Shown: positions 1-9,807 of the stretch, one piece after another | Layout of the letters: each line of letters starts with the position of its first letter | Position numbering within the stretch: the stretch's first letter is position 1 | Assembly (NCBI GenBank): GCA_029856105.1 | Contig: JAHQWH010000132.1 | Span: forward strand, 1-29,230 | DNA from: Promethearchaeia archaeon | Lineage (GTDB): Archaea; Asgardarchaeota; Lokiarchaeia; Sigyniarchaeales; SOKP01 | Length of the DNA: 29,230 bases | Direction of reading: 5' to 3' | Position numbers and translations under genes: made by a program | Notes under the pieces: generated by a model | Told to the model about the DNA's origin: nothing | The model's input: the letters and a program-made list of their open reading frames with translations, nothing else | Database searches by the model: none

Positions 1-383
1 ATATGGCAACTTCTTGGACTGATTTTCCGGTCTTTAATTTACATCCTCACGCATGGCCATTATACGACATAACTCGCTTAATTGGTATAAATTTCACGCG
101 AAATGGAGTGAAATTAAATCCTACTTTGCCTAAAGACGAATATAAGTTTAGTACCCCCCTTATTGGACTAGAAAAGACTAAAAATGGATATTTAGGGTGG
201 TACAATCCCAAGAAAGAAGGCACATGGAAGATTTCATTAGTATTAAGTAATGATGATCTTAAAAACATTAAATCTGTTATAATAAATGGAAAGGAAAGTA
301 AATACTCTACAGAAAAAAATCACTTATATTTTTATGGTGAAAATAAACTTAATGAACCATTATCTTGGGAAATAAAATATTAA
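1..383 (+). CDS. 3' end of a gene running in from the left edge; possibly the C-terminus of a GH94/glycoside phosphorylase-like protein
   Basis: Frame is open from the window edge to TAA at 381-383. The segment 'LIGINFTRNGVKLNPTLP' followed by a beta-rich tail resembles GH94/GH65-type C-termini. Family call is tentative. Confidence 0.45.
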   Translation, partial: MATSWTDFPVFNLHPHAWPLYDITRLIGINFTRNGVKLNPTLPKDEYKFSTPLIGLEKTKNGYLGWYNPKKEGTWKISLVLSNDDLKNIKSVIINGKESKYSTEKNHLYFYGENKLNEPLSWEIKY

Positions 384-408
384 TAGAATAAATATCAATC
401 TTTACTAT

Positions 409-1599
409 TTATTTACCATCCAAAGGGGGCAAAGGAGGAACTTCAAAATCATTCCAATTTTCTATAGTTGGATAATCCCACCATTTTGAGGGAATGTTGG
501 AATAAGTTCCATATTTTTCTAATCCTTTTTCAAAAGCTTTGATGTTCTTTCGAGAAACCCTTATTACTTTAGGTTGAGGATAAAAATACGCTCCAAATCC
601 TCCATCTTTCGTACCTAAATTTCGAACCATATGCCAAACTTCTCGCTCGACTTCTTCGGGCGTTCCATGAGTATAAATAGATTGTATGTTAACGCAACCC
701 CAGAACATTATTTTTCCCCGATATTGCTTTAATTCGTTATATCCACTCATTCTAGGACTATCAAATTCGATAGAATCTAAACCACAGTCAATGAGTATGG
801 GTATAAGGCGGTCTACCTTGCCGCAACAGTGAAGGTGTAACTCAGCTCCTAATTCATGTGCTGCGTCTACGATTCTTTTATATATTGGTTCGTAAAATTC
901 TCTAAAAATACGAGGGTTAAAGAACGGTCCGCTTTGTTCTCCTAAATCGTCAGATAGCCAAAAACCATCGGGTTTTAACCCGTACTTAAACGCCATTTTT
1001 ATAGATTCTACATGGAACTCAGTAACATGTTCTAATAAAAGTTTTAACTCCTTAGGATGCCTAATGTGATCGACTAGATAATTAGAAAAACCTCTCATTT
1101 CAGAAACTACATGAGAAGGTCCCTGTGAACTCATAATTACCATGTTGTACAAATCATCACTGAGTAATTTTTTTAAATCTAAAGCCGCTTTATATCGACT
1201 CTTATCTGAAGCATCTAAAGTATATTGTACTAAATAATTATTTATGTTTTTTATATCCGCTAAAGAAGGTCTACCTGGGTGTCCCATATCTTTATCCCTT
1301 CCCTTCATATTCCAGATACAACCCCATTCATCTACTTCTTCATGTGGGATATTTTTCCAATTACCACCTTCAAATTCAGGTCGATTATTTACCCAATCTG
1401 GACTTTCCCAACTTTTAGGATTTTTATTATGGGGAAATAATCCAATTTCATTTTCTACAAAACCCGGATTCCAATCTTTTGAGGGCATAAGTGGCAGGGG
1501 GGCGACATCACCAGATACAATATTAAGTATAGGAACTTTATCTGGGCGATTAAAATGAATTGCTGCTCTCACACGTTCTTTAGAATTCATAACAGCCAC
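409..1599 (-). CDS. Uroporphyrinogen decarboxylase-like (URO-D/MtaA-CmuA superfamily) protein
   Basis: MNSKERV..AIHF.RPD.VP N-terminus, DEWGCIW, RGF, DDLG.Q.GP, FREFYEP.YK, LHCCG, FWGCVNIQ, GTPEEV..EV, GGF motifs. Start is GTG 1599 or ATG 1590. Confidence 0.85.
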   Translation of the reverse strand: MAVMNSKERVRAAIHFNRPDKVPILNIVSGDVAPLPLMPSKDWNPGFVENEIGLFPHNKNPKSWESPDWVNNRPEFEGGNWKNIPHEEVDEWGCIWNMKGRDKDMGHPGRPSLADIKNINNYLVQYTLDASDKSRYKAALDLKKLLSDDLYNMVIMSSQGPSHVVSEMRGFSNYLVDHIRHPKELKLLLEHVTEFHVESIKMAFKYGLKPDGFWLSDDLGEQSGPFFNPRIFREFYEPIYKRIVDAAHELGAELHLHCCGKVDRLIPILIDCGLDSIEFDSPRMSGYNELKQYRGKIMFWGCVNIQSIYTHGTPEEVEREVWHMVRNLGTKDGGFGAYFYPQPKVIRVSRKNIKAFEKGLEKYGTYSNIPSKWWDYPTIENWNDFEVPPLPPLDGK

Positions 1600-1717
1600 T
1601 TAATAATTAATTCTAGTTAAAAGAAAAATTTTTCTTTTTATATAAAAATATCTAGTTGTCATGATATATTAGCGTTTGAATTAAAAAATAGAAAGAATAT
1701 TAGTTGTATATTAGAAT

Positions 1718-1849
1718 TTAGAGTCCTTTTTCTTTCCTTGCTTCTTCCGTTAATTCTGGAGGACTATCATAATTAGATGCGATTTTTGACTTTACGCACT
1801 CTTCACAATATTTTAAAAAAATCTCTTTTTCGGAGTCTTTACTATCCAT
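1718..1849 (-). CDS. Putative 43-aa small protein with CxxC (not in ORF track)
   Basis: Manual translation ATG(1849)..TAA(1718): MDSKDSEKEIFLKYCEECVKSKIASNYDSPPELTEEARKEKGL. It fills an otherwise empty intergenic gap. Confidence 0.45.
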   Translation of the reverse strand: MDSKDSEKEIFLKYCEECVKSKIASNYDSPPELTEEARKEKGL

Positions 1850-2196
1850 GTCAGCATCAACAAGTTAAGTATTAAAACTCATGAAAATAACGTTAATTAT
1901 CTATTATAAAGTTTATTAAAATTGAATTTTTTATACACTAAAGGACAACAAATTACCGACGTAATTAAAAGGTAAAACTCTACTCGTCAGCAACAATTAT
2001 GAATTTTTTTTTTAGGTTTTAGAGAGGGGGAGGGAGATCGGTAAAAGTAAAAGTAAAATAAACTTAAATAAATTAAACGCTAATAAGCCATTCAAAAAAG
2101 CACTTGGATATTAATGTAAGATTATTTCTAAAAACTTATAATTTTTAAAACAAACTTAGAATCATACAATATAATACTTATTTGAGATTAAAAATC

Positions 2197-3597
2197 ATGG
2201 TTGAAAAATGCGATGTTCTGGTCGTAGGCGCTGGAACTGCCGGTATGTATCTCAGTTGGCTATTAGCTAAGAAGGGTTATTCAGTTATAACCATAGAAAA
2301 AGATGAGAGGAAAAAAGTAGGCAAAAGGTTAGATGTTATCCACTTTGAGACCGATAGAATTAAAAAAGCTGGCATACCACCGTTTAGCGTAGGAGAAACT
2401 GATTGTATTGAAATTCGAGAACAATCCACACAAATAACGACGGATTTTACAACAGAAGTTAAAATTACAGCACTTCAAACTATTGTGCGTCTTACACCAT
2501 TTTTAAATAGAATGTTTAAGGTGCTAGAAGCAGATGGAGTAAAGCTCGTTTTTTCTTGTAAATTTTTGGAATTGGTTTTTGACGGCGGAAAGATTGTAGG
2601 GGTTTTAACCGAAAAAAATGGGGAAAGAATTGAATATCATGCTCGTTTAGTTGTTGATGCTTCAGGTACGGGTGCTGCAATCAGAACATCCTTGCCTCAA
2701 GACTACGGAATTGAAACTTTTAAACTGGACCCAAGTAGTGTGATGTATGTACTTCTACAATACATTAAGTGGTTAAACCCAGAAGAAAAACATCCAATAC
2801 CCGACACAGGATTTCAATACTACCTGTTATGGTTTGGTCCGTGTCAGATTGAAAATGGTGCCATTTTGGGAGTTGGCCAACCAGGTTCTTACGAAAATGC
2901 TAGAAAAGCAAGAGAAGAGTTCCTTGGAAAAGCTCACTTACCTCCTTATGAAATTATAAAAGAAGAACAAGGTTTCACTCCTTATAGAAGACCTCCTTAT
3001 ACTCTTGTAGGTGATGGATTACTCTGCATAGGTGATGCTGCAGCAATTACTTATCCATTTTCGGGGCACGGAGTTACCGCTACTTGGAATTTGTGCATGA
3101 TTGCAGCAGATGTTATTGAAAGTACGCTTAAAGAAGTAGGGTATATTTCTAAAGAGAGGTTATGGGACATTAATATAAGGTATTATAGAGATCAAGGTGC
3201 GAAATTTGCGAGCCTATTTATGCAATTATCTGGTATCCTAAACTTTTCAGCAAAAGAATGGGATTATGCATTAAAATCGGGATTACTTTACAAAACTGGG
3301 GACGAAGACGAAATTCCTGAACCTAATAAAGAGTACGAAGAAGACATGAGTCTAGGCGAAATGCTTAAATTTTTGTTTAAATTAATTGGCGGCATGCTAA
3401 AGAGACAATTATCCTTAAAGCACGTGAAAAAATTGCTATCAGCTAATTCACTTGCTGGAAAAATTAAAAAACATTACGAAACCTTTCCAGAGGATCCGAA
3501 CGAATTCGATCAATGGGTTAAGAAAGCAGACCAACTATGGGAGCAAAAACGAGTAGCAACCAAAAAATTAGAAACTTTTTCTATTGAGTACCACTAA
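2197..3597 (+). CDS. FAD-dependent oxidoreductase, geranylgeranyl reductase-like
   Basis: DVLVVGAGTAG Rossmann motif, ARLVVDASG, IGDAA...PFSGHG. ATG 2197 preferred over TTG 2182. Confidence 0.8.
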   Translation: MVEKCDVLVVGAGTAGMYLSWLLAKKGYSVITIEKDERKKVGKRLDVIHFETDRIKKAGIPPFSVGETDCIEIREQSTQITTDFTTEVKITALQTIVRLTPFLNRMFKVLEADGVKLVFSCKFLELVFDGGKIVGVLTEKNGERIEYHARLVVDASGTGAAIRTSLPQDYGIETFKLDPSSVMYVLLQYIKWLNPEEKHPIPDTGFQYYLLWFGPCQIENGAILGVGQPGSYENARKAREEFLGKAHLPPYEIIKEEQGFTPYRRPPYTLVGDGLLCIGDAAAITYPFSGHGVTATWNLCMIAADVIESTLKEVGYISKERLWDINIRYYRDQGAKFASLFMQLSGILNFSAKEWDYALKSGLLYKTGDEDEIPEPNKEYEEDMSLGEMLKFLFKLIGGMLKRQLSLKHVKKLLSANSLAGKIKKHYETFPEDPNEFDQWVKKADQLWEQKRVATKKLETFSIEYH

Positions 3598-3662
3598 AGG
3601 TTGAAATTAAAAATAAAATTAAGTAATGTTCAAATAATAAAGAATTAAAGATTTGGTTAGGT

Positions 3663-4391
3663 TTAATTCAGTGTTGAACCACATTCCCCGCAGAATCTCC
3701 ACTCTCCAGTCATTTTTGCCCCACAATTAGGACAAAAATTAGTATTCGAAGGTGTTGGAGCTGCTGGCGATACTTGTTGTGTACTTGGCACTGGGGTTGC
3801 CCCAGTCGTTTTAGCATAACGAATTGTCTCTTCTAATTTTGCCAATTTTATATAACCTACAACTTGCAAAATAAAACCAATAATAATTGTTATTATTAAA
3901 AACGAAAGAACATTCATTATAGCGGCACTTCTTAATTTATCGCTTCCTTCTGAAGCCTCCAAAGCGATATAGGAAGGGAATAAACTACGATTTTGGTTAA
4001 AAAAATCTGTTAAACTACGCCAAGCGTCCATCTCAATCGCTGCCGCTATGATGCTTGTAATAAAGCTAATGATCGTTGGTACAATAGTAAAAGTACCTAT
4101 ATGGAAAGGATTGCTTAAAGAGTAAAAGGACACAGCTCCAGATATAACAGTACTAATAATCCTGAAAACTATAGCCCTACTATATTTCGAGCGATAATTC
4201 TTTAACGAAGATTGTTTTAATTTATCGTTTGCGTTCCGTATATCGCTTAATGCCATAATAGCAAAAATCGATCCTATGAGACTAAAAATAGTACCAATGA
4301 ATGGAATAATCGCTAGTACGGTCATTATCGCAATAATTTTCATCTTCTTTCCAAATTCCGAAAATTCTTTACTAATATCGATTTTTACCAT
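3663..4391 (-). CDS. Membrane protein with C-terminal zinc ribbon (DUF973/DUF996-like)
   Basis: Several hydrophobic helices, a Pro/Thr-rich linker and terminal FCPNCG...RFCGECG. Confidence 0.75.
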   Translation of the reverse strand: MVKIDISKEFSEFGKKMKIIAIMTVLAIIPFIGTIFSLIGSIFAIMALSDIRNANDKLKQSSLKNYRSKYSRAIVFRIISTVISGAVSFYSLSNPFHIGTFTIVPTIISFITSIIAAAIEMDAWRSLTDFFNQNRSLFPSYIALEASEGSDKLRSAAIMNVLSFLIITIIIGFILQVVGYIKLAKLEETIRYAKTTGATPVPSTQQVSPAAPTPSNTNFCPNCGAKMTGEWRFCGECGSTLN

Positions 4392-4547
4392 TATTTTTAA
4401 CCTTCCTACAAGTCTTTTAATCTAAAATAAACAATAATATTTATATAGTTTTAGAAAGCCAATTTTTTTTAGGTTTATAGAGTAATTATAAAAAAGTAAT
4501 GTAGGCATAATAAAAAAATAAAATAAGAAATAATTTTTATTCATGTA

Positions 4548-5294
4548 TTAACTAATATCCGAACCGCATAAGGGACAGAATTTTCCTAATCCGGATAATT
4601 TGCTTCCACAATTTGGACAAAAATTGCTTGCTACTTCGTTTATGTTAATTGCTCGAGAATCCGGTAAGTTCACTTGTGTCGGCGATGTTTTCGGAACATC
4701 ATATAACATCAAAGTATTCAATTTTGCTAATTTAAAATATCCTATAACTTGATATATAAATCCAATTATTATAGTGATTATTAAAAATCCTAACGCATTC
4801 AATAAGGTAGCCGTTTTTAACTTATCACACCCGTCAATTAATTCATAATTAAGGTGATCTGGAAACATACTCCTATTTTCTTCAAAGAATCGCTTCAAGT
4901 TTTTCCATGCTTTCATTTCAGCAAATACGCTGGTTATCATAAATACTAAACCAATTGGCATAACAATAATACTTATAGAAACGGTTGTCCAATAAGAAGT
5001 GATATCCATCGGTAGATATACAATAACTAAAATATTTATAACTCCTGCTATTAACACGATTGTACCACTTATTCTTAAAATGAAAGCCCTAACATATTTC
5101 GAACGAAATTGCTTTAAATATTCGTTATTTAATTTAAGATTTGCGTTTTTGATATTTCCTAAAGCAACAAACGTAAAGATTAACGCTATTAAGCCCGTCA
5201 CACCAGTTACTATACTTAAAACGGTACAAATTGCTACAATTTGCATATTTTTCCCAAATTCGTAGAAATCTTTTCTAACATCCATATTTGACAT
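4548..5294 (-). CDS. Membrane protein with C-terminal zinc ribbon, tandem paralog of 3663-4391
   Basis: Shares D..K.F.EFGK.M.I.AI.TVL, RSKY.RA, EM.AW..L..FF..NRS.FP, FLIITIIIGFI.QV.GY.KLAKL and NFCPNCG with its neighbour. Confidence 0.75.
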   Translation of the reverse strand: MSNMDVRKDFYEFGKNMQIVAICTVLSIVTGVTGLIALIFTFVALGNIKNANLKLNNEYLKQFRSKYVRAFILRISGTIVLIAGVINILVIVYLPMDITSYWTTVSISIIVMPIGLVFMITSVFAEMKAWKNLKRFFEENRSMFPDHLNYELIDGCDKLKTATLLNALGFLIITIIIGFIYQVIGYFKLAKLNTLMLYDVPKTSPTQVNLPDSRAININEVASNFCPNCGSKLSGLGKFCPLCGSDIS

Positions 5295-5438
5295 TTTTAT
5301 TGATCCATTTTTTAATATATTTACTTAATACATTTTTTTGTCAATTAATATCATTATTGGAGTCCATTATTTGCTTTGAGGATATTTATATTCCTAATTA
5401 AGTTGAGAAATAAGTTTAAATTTTAGATACAAGAATTT

Positions 5439-6268
5439 CTAAAAGAATCGTTGGATATATTCAATACTTTCTGGTAAATCTTCCACTTTATGCAGTTCCA
5501 TAATCATTGCACCTTTATAATTAAATATTTATGCTAATTCAAATACTAATTGAAAATCTACTGAGCCTTTTCCCAGAGTAGGATGTGTATCTAAATTATT
5601 CTTAAAATGTTCAGCTAAATGGATATTTTTAATACGATTATGTAATTTATTCCATAAATCTTCAATATTATCGTTACAAGACGCAGTGTGACCTGTATCC
5701 CACGCTAAGAAGATATCTCTCCGATTAATATCTGAAAAGAATTTACTTAACTCGTCGTGTTTTTGAAAAAAACCAGCATTTTCGGCATATTCTCTAAGGA
5801 AGTAATTAGTTGGAAGTTTTTTATTTTTTCTAGCAATATATTAACAGCGTCTATAAGGCGATTATTAACGCCATTATAGGACTGGTGTAAAAATTGCGCA
5901 TTTCCAGGACGTATAGTAAAGATTTCTGCTCCAATTGCCATGCTTACTTCAGCTGACTTTATGTAACATTCTATTGTAGCGTTTAAAATCCATGGATTAT
6001 GAGTGCATAAGCCTAAATACGCATAAGGCGCATGGAATTGTTTTTTGATAGAAGGGAATGAATTACATAAATCGATAAACGCTTGTTTTTCTTCAGAAAC
6101 TAAGATTTCAGGAGGGTCCAAGATTAATTCACAGATTTTTATATCATTTCTTTCAGCGAAATTAAAAGTTCTCTCAATTGCATTGAGCAATAATTCTTTT
6201 GAATTTTTAAATTTCCCGCGATTAATATTATTGTAAATAAAGGCTATAGAACCAAGTCCAAGTTTCAT
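5439..6268 (-). pseudogene. Sugar-phosphate isomerase/epimerase (AP endonuclease 2/xylose isomerase-like TIM barrel) pseudogene
   Basis: The N-half has QFHAPY and SLENMP. After a 1-nt frameshift near 5766-5782 the other frame continues with WDTGH, IKNIHLAE, DTHPTLGKGSVDF, an in-frame TAA at 5529-5531, then YKGAMIME, ending at TAG 5439-5441. Confidence 0.8.
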
Positions 6269-6540
6269 TAAAATCAAAAATCTGATAAGTTTATTTATTT
6301 AAAAATTCGATAGTATTTATCATTAATTTTAATTAAAAAAATTATGCGTTTATCAATTCTTAATAGAAATAGATTTATACCCATGAATAATCATTATTTT
6401 CAAATAATATTGAGTCAAATTACGAGAAAAAGTTAAATACTCAAATAACTACAATTGATATAATAGAGGTGTTCAAATTAGTAAAAAAACCCAATATAAT
6501 TTAATTTAGAAAATATAGAAATTATAAGAAGTAATTTTAT

Positions 6541-7911
6541 ATGTCTAACAATAAAGCAGAAGTTAATTTATTGGATAATTATACCTTTTTTGTAATACCA
6601 AGTTGGGGAAATTTACTCGGGTATCCAACTTTAGGTAAATATGCTAACCATAAAGTATCGAAAATAACTCAAGATCTAGTTATATTTTTTGGAGGATCTG
6701 AACATGCGGTCTCAACGGAAAGAGGAACTTTATATTATCTTTTTGGCATAGGATATTATTATACTAAATTTGAGCTTCAAAGTGGAAGCTATATTACCGA
6801 CAATAGACAATTAACGGGGTTAATCCTGTCAGATTTCGTGTACGATCATTTAGCAACATCAAAAAATATTACGCTAGAAAACGATCGCGATGTAATCATT
6901 AGTGAGAACCTATTTAAGTTACCAATAGATTTGTCTTATAAATCTGAAACTAAGCGTACATTTATTCAAGGAACGCTTATGAGAAATTTATTTATTCCGT
7001 ATAAAGATATCATTTTAGAATTGATGGATACTTTGAAAAAACCTCAATCTTTCCAAATAGATAAAACTGGTCCCATGCTTTTAAGCACGCACTGGGATTT
7101 TTACAATCAAATTTTAATTTCTTCTGAAATGGATCATAAATTGAAAGCAAATTATACGAGCCCAACAGCGGGATTAAACGGAATTGAAATTGGTGCTAAA
7201 AACCACTTAAAAAACTACTTTTCACAGCGGGAGTTACAAAACATTCAAGAATCGACTATAAAATTGAAAAATGTATATTCTATGATGGAATACGATCCTA
7301 TGTATTTGTTCTCAATAATCAGAAATGCTTCTGCTTTGTTGAGATCAGAAATAGTGTCTACTAACTTTCAAAAAAGCGATAAAGGCAATAAAAGAATACC
7401 AAAAGAATCAATTTTTATCTCTGCTGAACCACAGATTAATTCATTCGTCAATTGGCCAGAACAATTTAGAAGAAAAACAAAAGACGATTTGGAAAAATCG
7501 GTCGTACAAGTAGCTAATAAGATTTATCAACCTAACGAAGTTGATAAAAGTGCATTACCTTTCAAGGAATACAGGAACGAGCAAGACCAATTTGAAATTA
7601 GAACAATGAAGAGACCTATTGTTGAGTTAAAACCACTCCCTAACATGCCAACTAGTAACACATTAGATATTCTTTTAACCGTAAAGGATATTGTAAATAA
7701 AGATTACGATGTTAAATCTATAGGGAATGCGCTTGGAACTGCACGAGATTACATCAAAAGCATGATCTTACATTCAAATATTTTATGGGATATGGGTAAA
7801 TTTGCAAATATCTATCAACACACAGAACCAAATTTAGGGTTAAGCCCCAAAGAGAAATTCGAATTAATAGAAAAAATCAATAAATGGATTAATCTAATAA
7901 AAAAAACATAA
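6541..7911 (+). CDS. Hypothetical protein, 456 aa
   Basis: Long ORF with typical codon use and no motif I recognise. Ends 23 nt before the profilin-like gene. Confidence 0.8.
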   Translation: MSNNKAEVNLLDNYTFFVIPSWGNLLGYPTLGKYANHKVSKITQDLVIFFGGSEHAVSTERGTLYYLFGIGYYYTKFELQSGSYITDNRQLTGLILSDFVYDHLATSKNITLENDRDVIISENLFKLPIDLSYKSETKRTFIQGTLMRNLFIPYKDIILELMDTLKKPQSFQIDKTGPMLLSTHWDFYNQILISSEMDHKLKANYTSPTAGLNGIEIGAKNHLKNYFSQRELQNIQESTIKLKNVYSMMEYDPMYLFSIIRNASALLRSEIVSTNFQKSDKGNKRIPKESIFISAEPQINSFVNWPEQFRRKTKDDLEKSVVQVANKIYQPNEVDKSALPFKEYRNEQDQFEIRTMKRPIVELKPLPNMPTSNTLDILLTVKDIVNKDYDVKSIGNALGTARDYIKSMILHSNILWDMGKFANIYQHTEPNLGLSPKEKFELIEKINKWINLIKKT

Positions 7912-7934
7912 TTATTTTAAATTGGCATCCTACT

Positions 7935-8567
7935 ATGGTAAATTATAAGTCTACTATTAAGAGTTTGCAAAAACACTATTCTGACGCAACCGAAGTAGTA
8001 GTTTTTGGTAATAAAGGGAAAGTAATTCATTCCACTAGTAATTGGAGCGTGTCGAAAGATCTTAAGGCAATCTTAGCTAGTTGGGGTAGTGGCAGTGCCC
8101 AATTTGTGAATATGAATGGTATCAGATATTCCGTACTTCAAATGGCACCCGAAAGATTTATAGCAACTAACAGAAAGAAAAAAGGACACTTAGTTGGAGC
8201 ATCAATTCTTGGTAGTGATATATTTCTCATAGCTCACATAAGACCTAAAGCTAAAGGGTGGATGCACATGGCGTATCCCGCAGTTGCGAGAGCAGCAGCT
8301 ATGATGACAAAAGGATCAAAGTCACAATTTGTTGAAACGGAAGTAGATGTTTCCGTTGAAAACGAACTTATCGCTAAAAGCAGTAGTATGGTACAACCTT
8401 CAATTGATCCATATCTCAAGGCGGAAGTGGAAGGATTTTTGGATTGGATTAACAATCCTCAAGGTTTAACTTCTTATCTCCTTCATTCATTACAAGAAAA
8501 CGATCCATATAGAATCTCCAAACTTGCGGAGATTTATAACGAGTTATATAGATTATTTTATGGATAA
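7935..8567 (+). CDS. Asgard profilin-like protein with C-terminal extension
   Basis: The first ~125 aa follow the Loki-profilin pattern as I recall it (G.VI..T.NW.VS.DL; GIRY.V.....ERFIATN...KGHLV; LIA.I.P.A). A linker and a ~55-aa helical tail follow. Confidence 0.7.
   Translation: MVNYKSTIKSLQKHYSDATEVVVFGNKGKVIHSTSNWSVSKDLKAILASWGSGSAQFVNMNGIRYSVLQMAPERFIATNRKKKGHLVGASILGSDIFLIAHIRPKAKGWMHMAYPAVARAAAMMTKGSKSQFVETEVDVSVENELIAKSSSMVQPSIDPYLKAEVEGFLDWINNPQGLTSYLLHSLQENDPYRISKLAEIYNELYRLFYG
8403..8567 (+). repeat. 165-bp direct repeat, copy 1 (3' end of profilin-like gene)
   Basis: Ungapped manual alignment with 9808-9972 gives 27 mismatches in 165 nt (~84%); the last 35 nt are identical. 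Confidence 0.95.
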
Positions 8568-8629
8568 ATTGTTTATTCTAGGAAAATATAACTCATAATG
8601 ATTTTTATAAAGTTCTTAGGAATTTTATT

Positions 8630-9439
8630 TTATGAATTTCTCTCGCTGAGTTCTTTTTTAACTATTTCCAATAACTCATCTTCTTCATATTCTTTCTCTT
8701 CTATTACTTGAAAATCTTTATTGAGACGATTCTTCAAACATTTTGGCATGATCCAAGCAAAATACATGGATAATGAGTAACATACTGTAAATCCAAGTAT
8801 TATATACCCATAAACGATATTTGGAAAAGCGAACAACCCAATTATGTCATATGGGATGAGATAGTACAAAAAAATACTAAAAGTGTAAATGAAAGATCCC
8901 CATCCAATTAATCCATACCTTAATTTTATCCACGGTTCTATATTTGAAGATTTAATTATTTTATAATATCGTAAAGCTGTAATACCTAGCCAAAGATGAG
9001 AAAGTAGAAATGAAATTGTAATCGAAAAAAGAATATAGTAATAAAAGATCAAATTAGATTCTTCTAAATAATAAGTCATTGGAATAGATATTTGAAAATT
9101 TATTCTAATAATAAAATCGAAAAACCTAACTATTATTAAGATTATTAGAAACACTTTAAATGGACTTTTTTTATGCTTAAAGAAAGTCAATTTGGTAAAA
9201 ATTACAAGTAAAATATTTGGAAATTGGACCATAATTAAAAATATAATCAAAAAAGACGGGGACATAAAAAAAGATATAATTCTTAAGCTGCTAATAAAGA
9301 AAAATAAAATCAGTGGTATAATGTTATATCTTTTAGTTTTTATTACTTTAATTGAAAGGAAAGTGGCTACAATTAATTGTAGAACAATCCAGACTCCTTG
9401 AAGTGAATAATTTATAACAACGATTATTTGAATTAACAT
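8630..9439 (-). CDS. Multi-pass (~7 TM) membrane protein
   Basis: About seven hydrophobic segments, an IEPWIKLRY loop and an acidic/charged cytoplasmic tail. Confidence 0.75.
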   Translation of the reverse strand: MLIQIIVVINYSLQGVWIVLQLIVATFLSIKVIKTKRYNIIPLILFFFISSLRIISFFMSPSFLIIFLIMVQFPNILLVIFTKLTFFKHKKSPFKVFLIILIIVRFFDFIIRINFQISIPMTYYLEESNLIFYYYILFSITISFLLSHLWLGITALRYYKIIKSSNIEPWIKLRYGLIGWGSFIYTFSIFLYYLIPYDIIGLFAFPNIVYGYIILGFTVCYSLSMYFAWIMPKCLKNRLNKDFQVIEEKEYEEDELLEIVKKELSERNS

Positions 9440-9454
9440 TTCCTATTTTTCTCC

Positions 9455-9730
9455 TTATATTTTTTCCATTGTGATTAAAGATTGGTGGGTTATCAATTCC
9501 TTTAAGAGTAAATTCACGATTTCTTCAGAATTACTTATCTTTAAGTCTTGAAGTCTTTTTTTTAAAGAATTATTGAATGTGTCTTGATATTCTCTTATCC
9601 CAATATCACTTATCGGTTTAAAAGGACCAAATTCTTCCTTTATGGATAATTTGATTAACCCTCTTGATGCACTTGCTGATATCCCAATCTTCTCTGATAG
9701 CAAATCTCCTAAGTAATAGATTATTGGCAT
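9455..9730 (-). CDS. Small helical hypothetical protein (~91 aa), probably co-transcribed with the 7TM gene
   Basis: ATG at 9730 (MPIIYYLGDLLSEKIG...RGLIKLSIKEE). The longer 9817 start runs through AT-rich promoter-like DNA and into repeat copy 2. Confidence 0.65.
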   Translation of the reverse strand: MPIIYYLGDLLSEKIGISASASRGLIKLSIKEEFGPFKPISDIGIREYQDTFNNSLKKRLQDLKISNSEEIVNLLLKELITHQSLITMEKI

Positions 9731-9807
9731 ATCATCTTCTGAATTTATTAATATGATTAAATAAGAAATAAAGAAAATAAATTTAAATGTTTCTCTACTG
9801 TTTATAT

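Noticed and set aside
1950-2045. CTGACGA plus short stem on the minus strand (hammerhead-like), and scattered pairings near a G-rich tract
   Set aside because: The required GAAA after stem II is absent and the pairings are short.
4461-4482. AATTTTTTTTAGGTTT(A)TAGAG similarity with 2002-2024
   Set aside because: Mostly low-complexity T-run in AT-rich intergenic DNA; only two copies.
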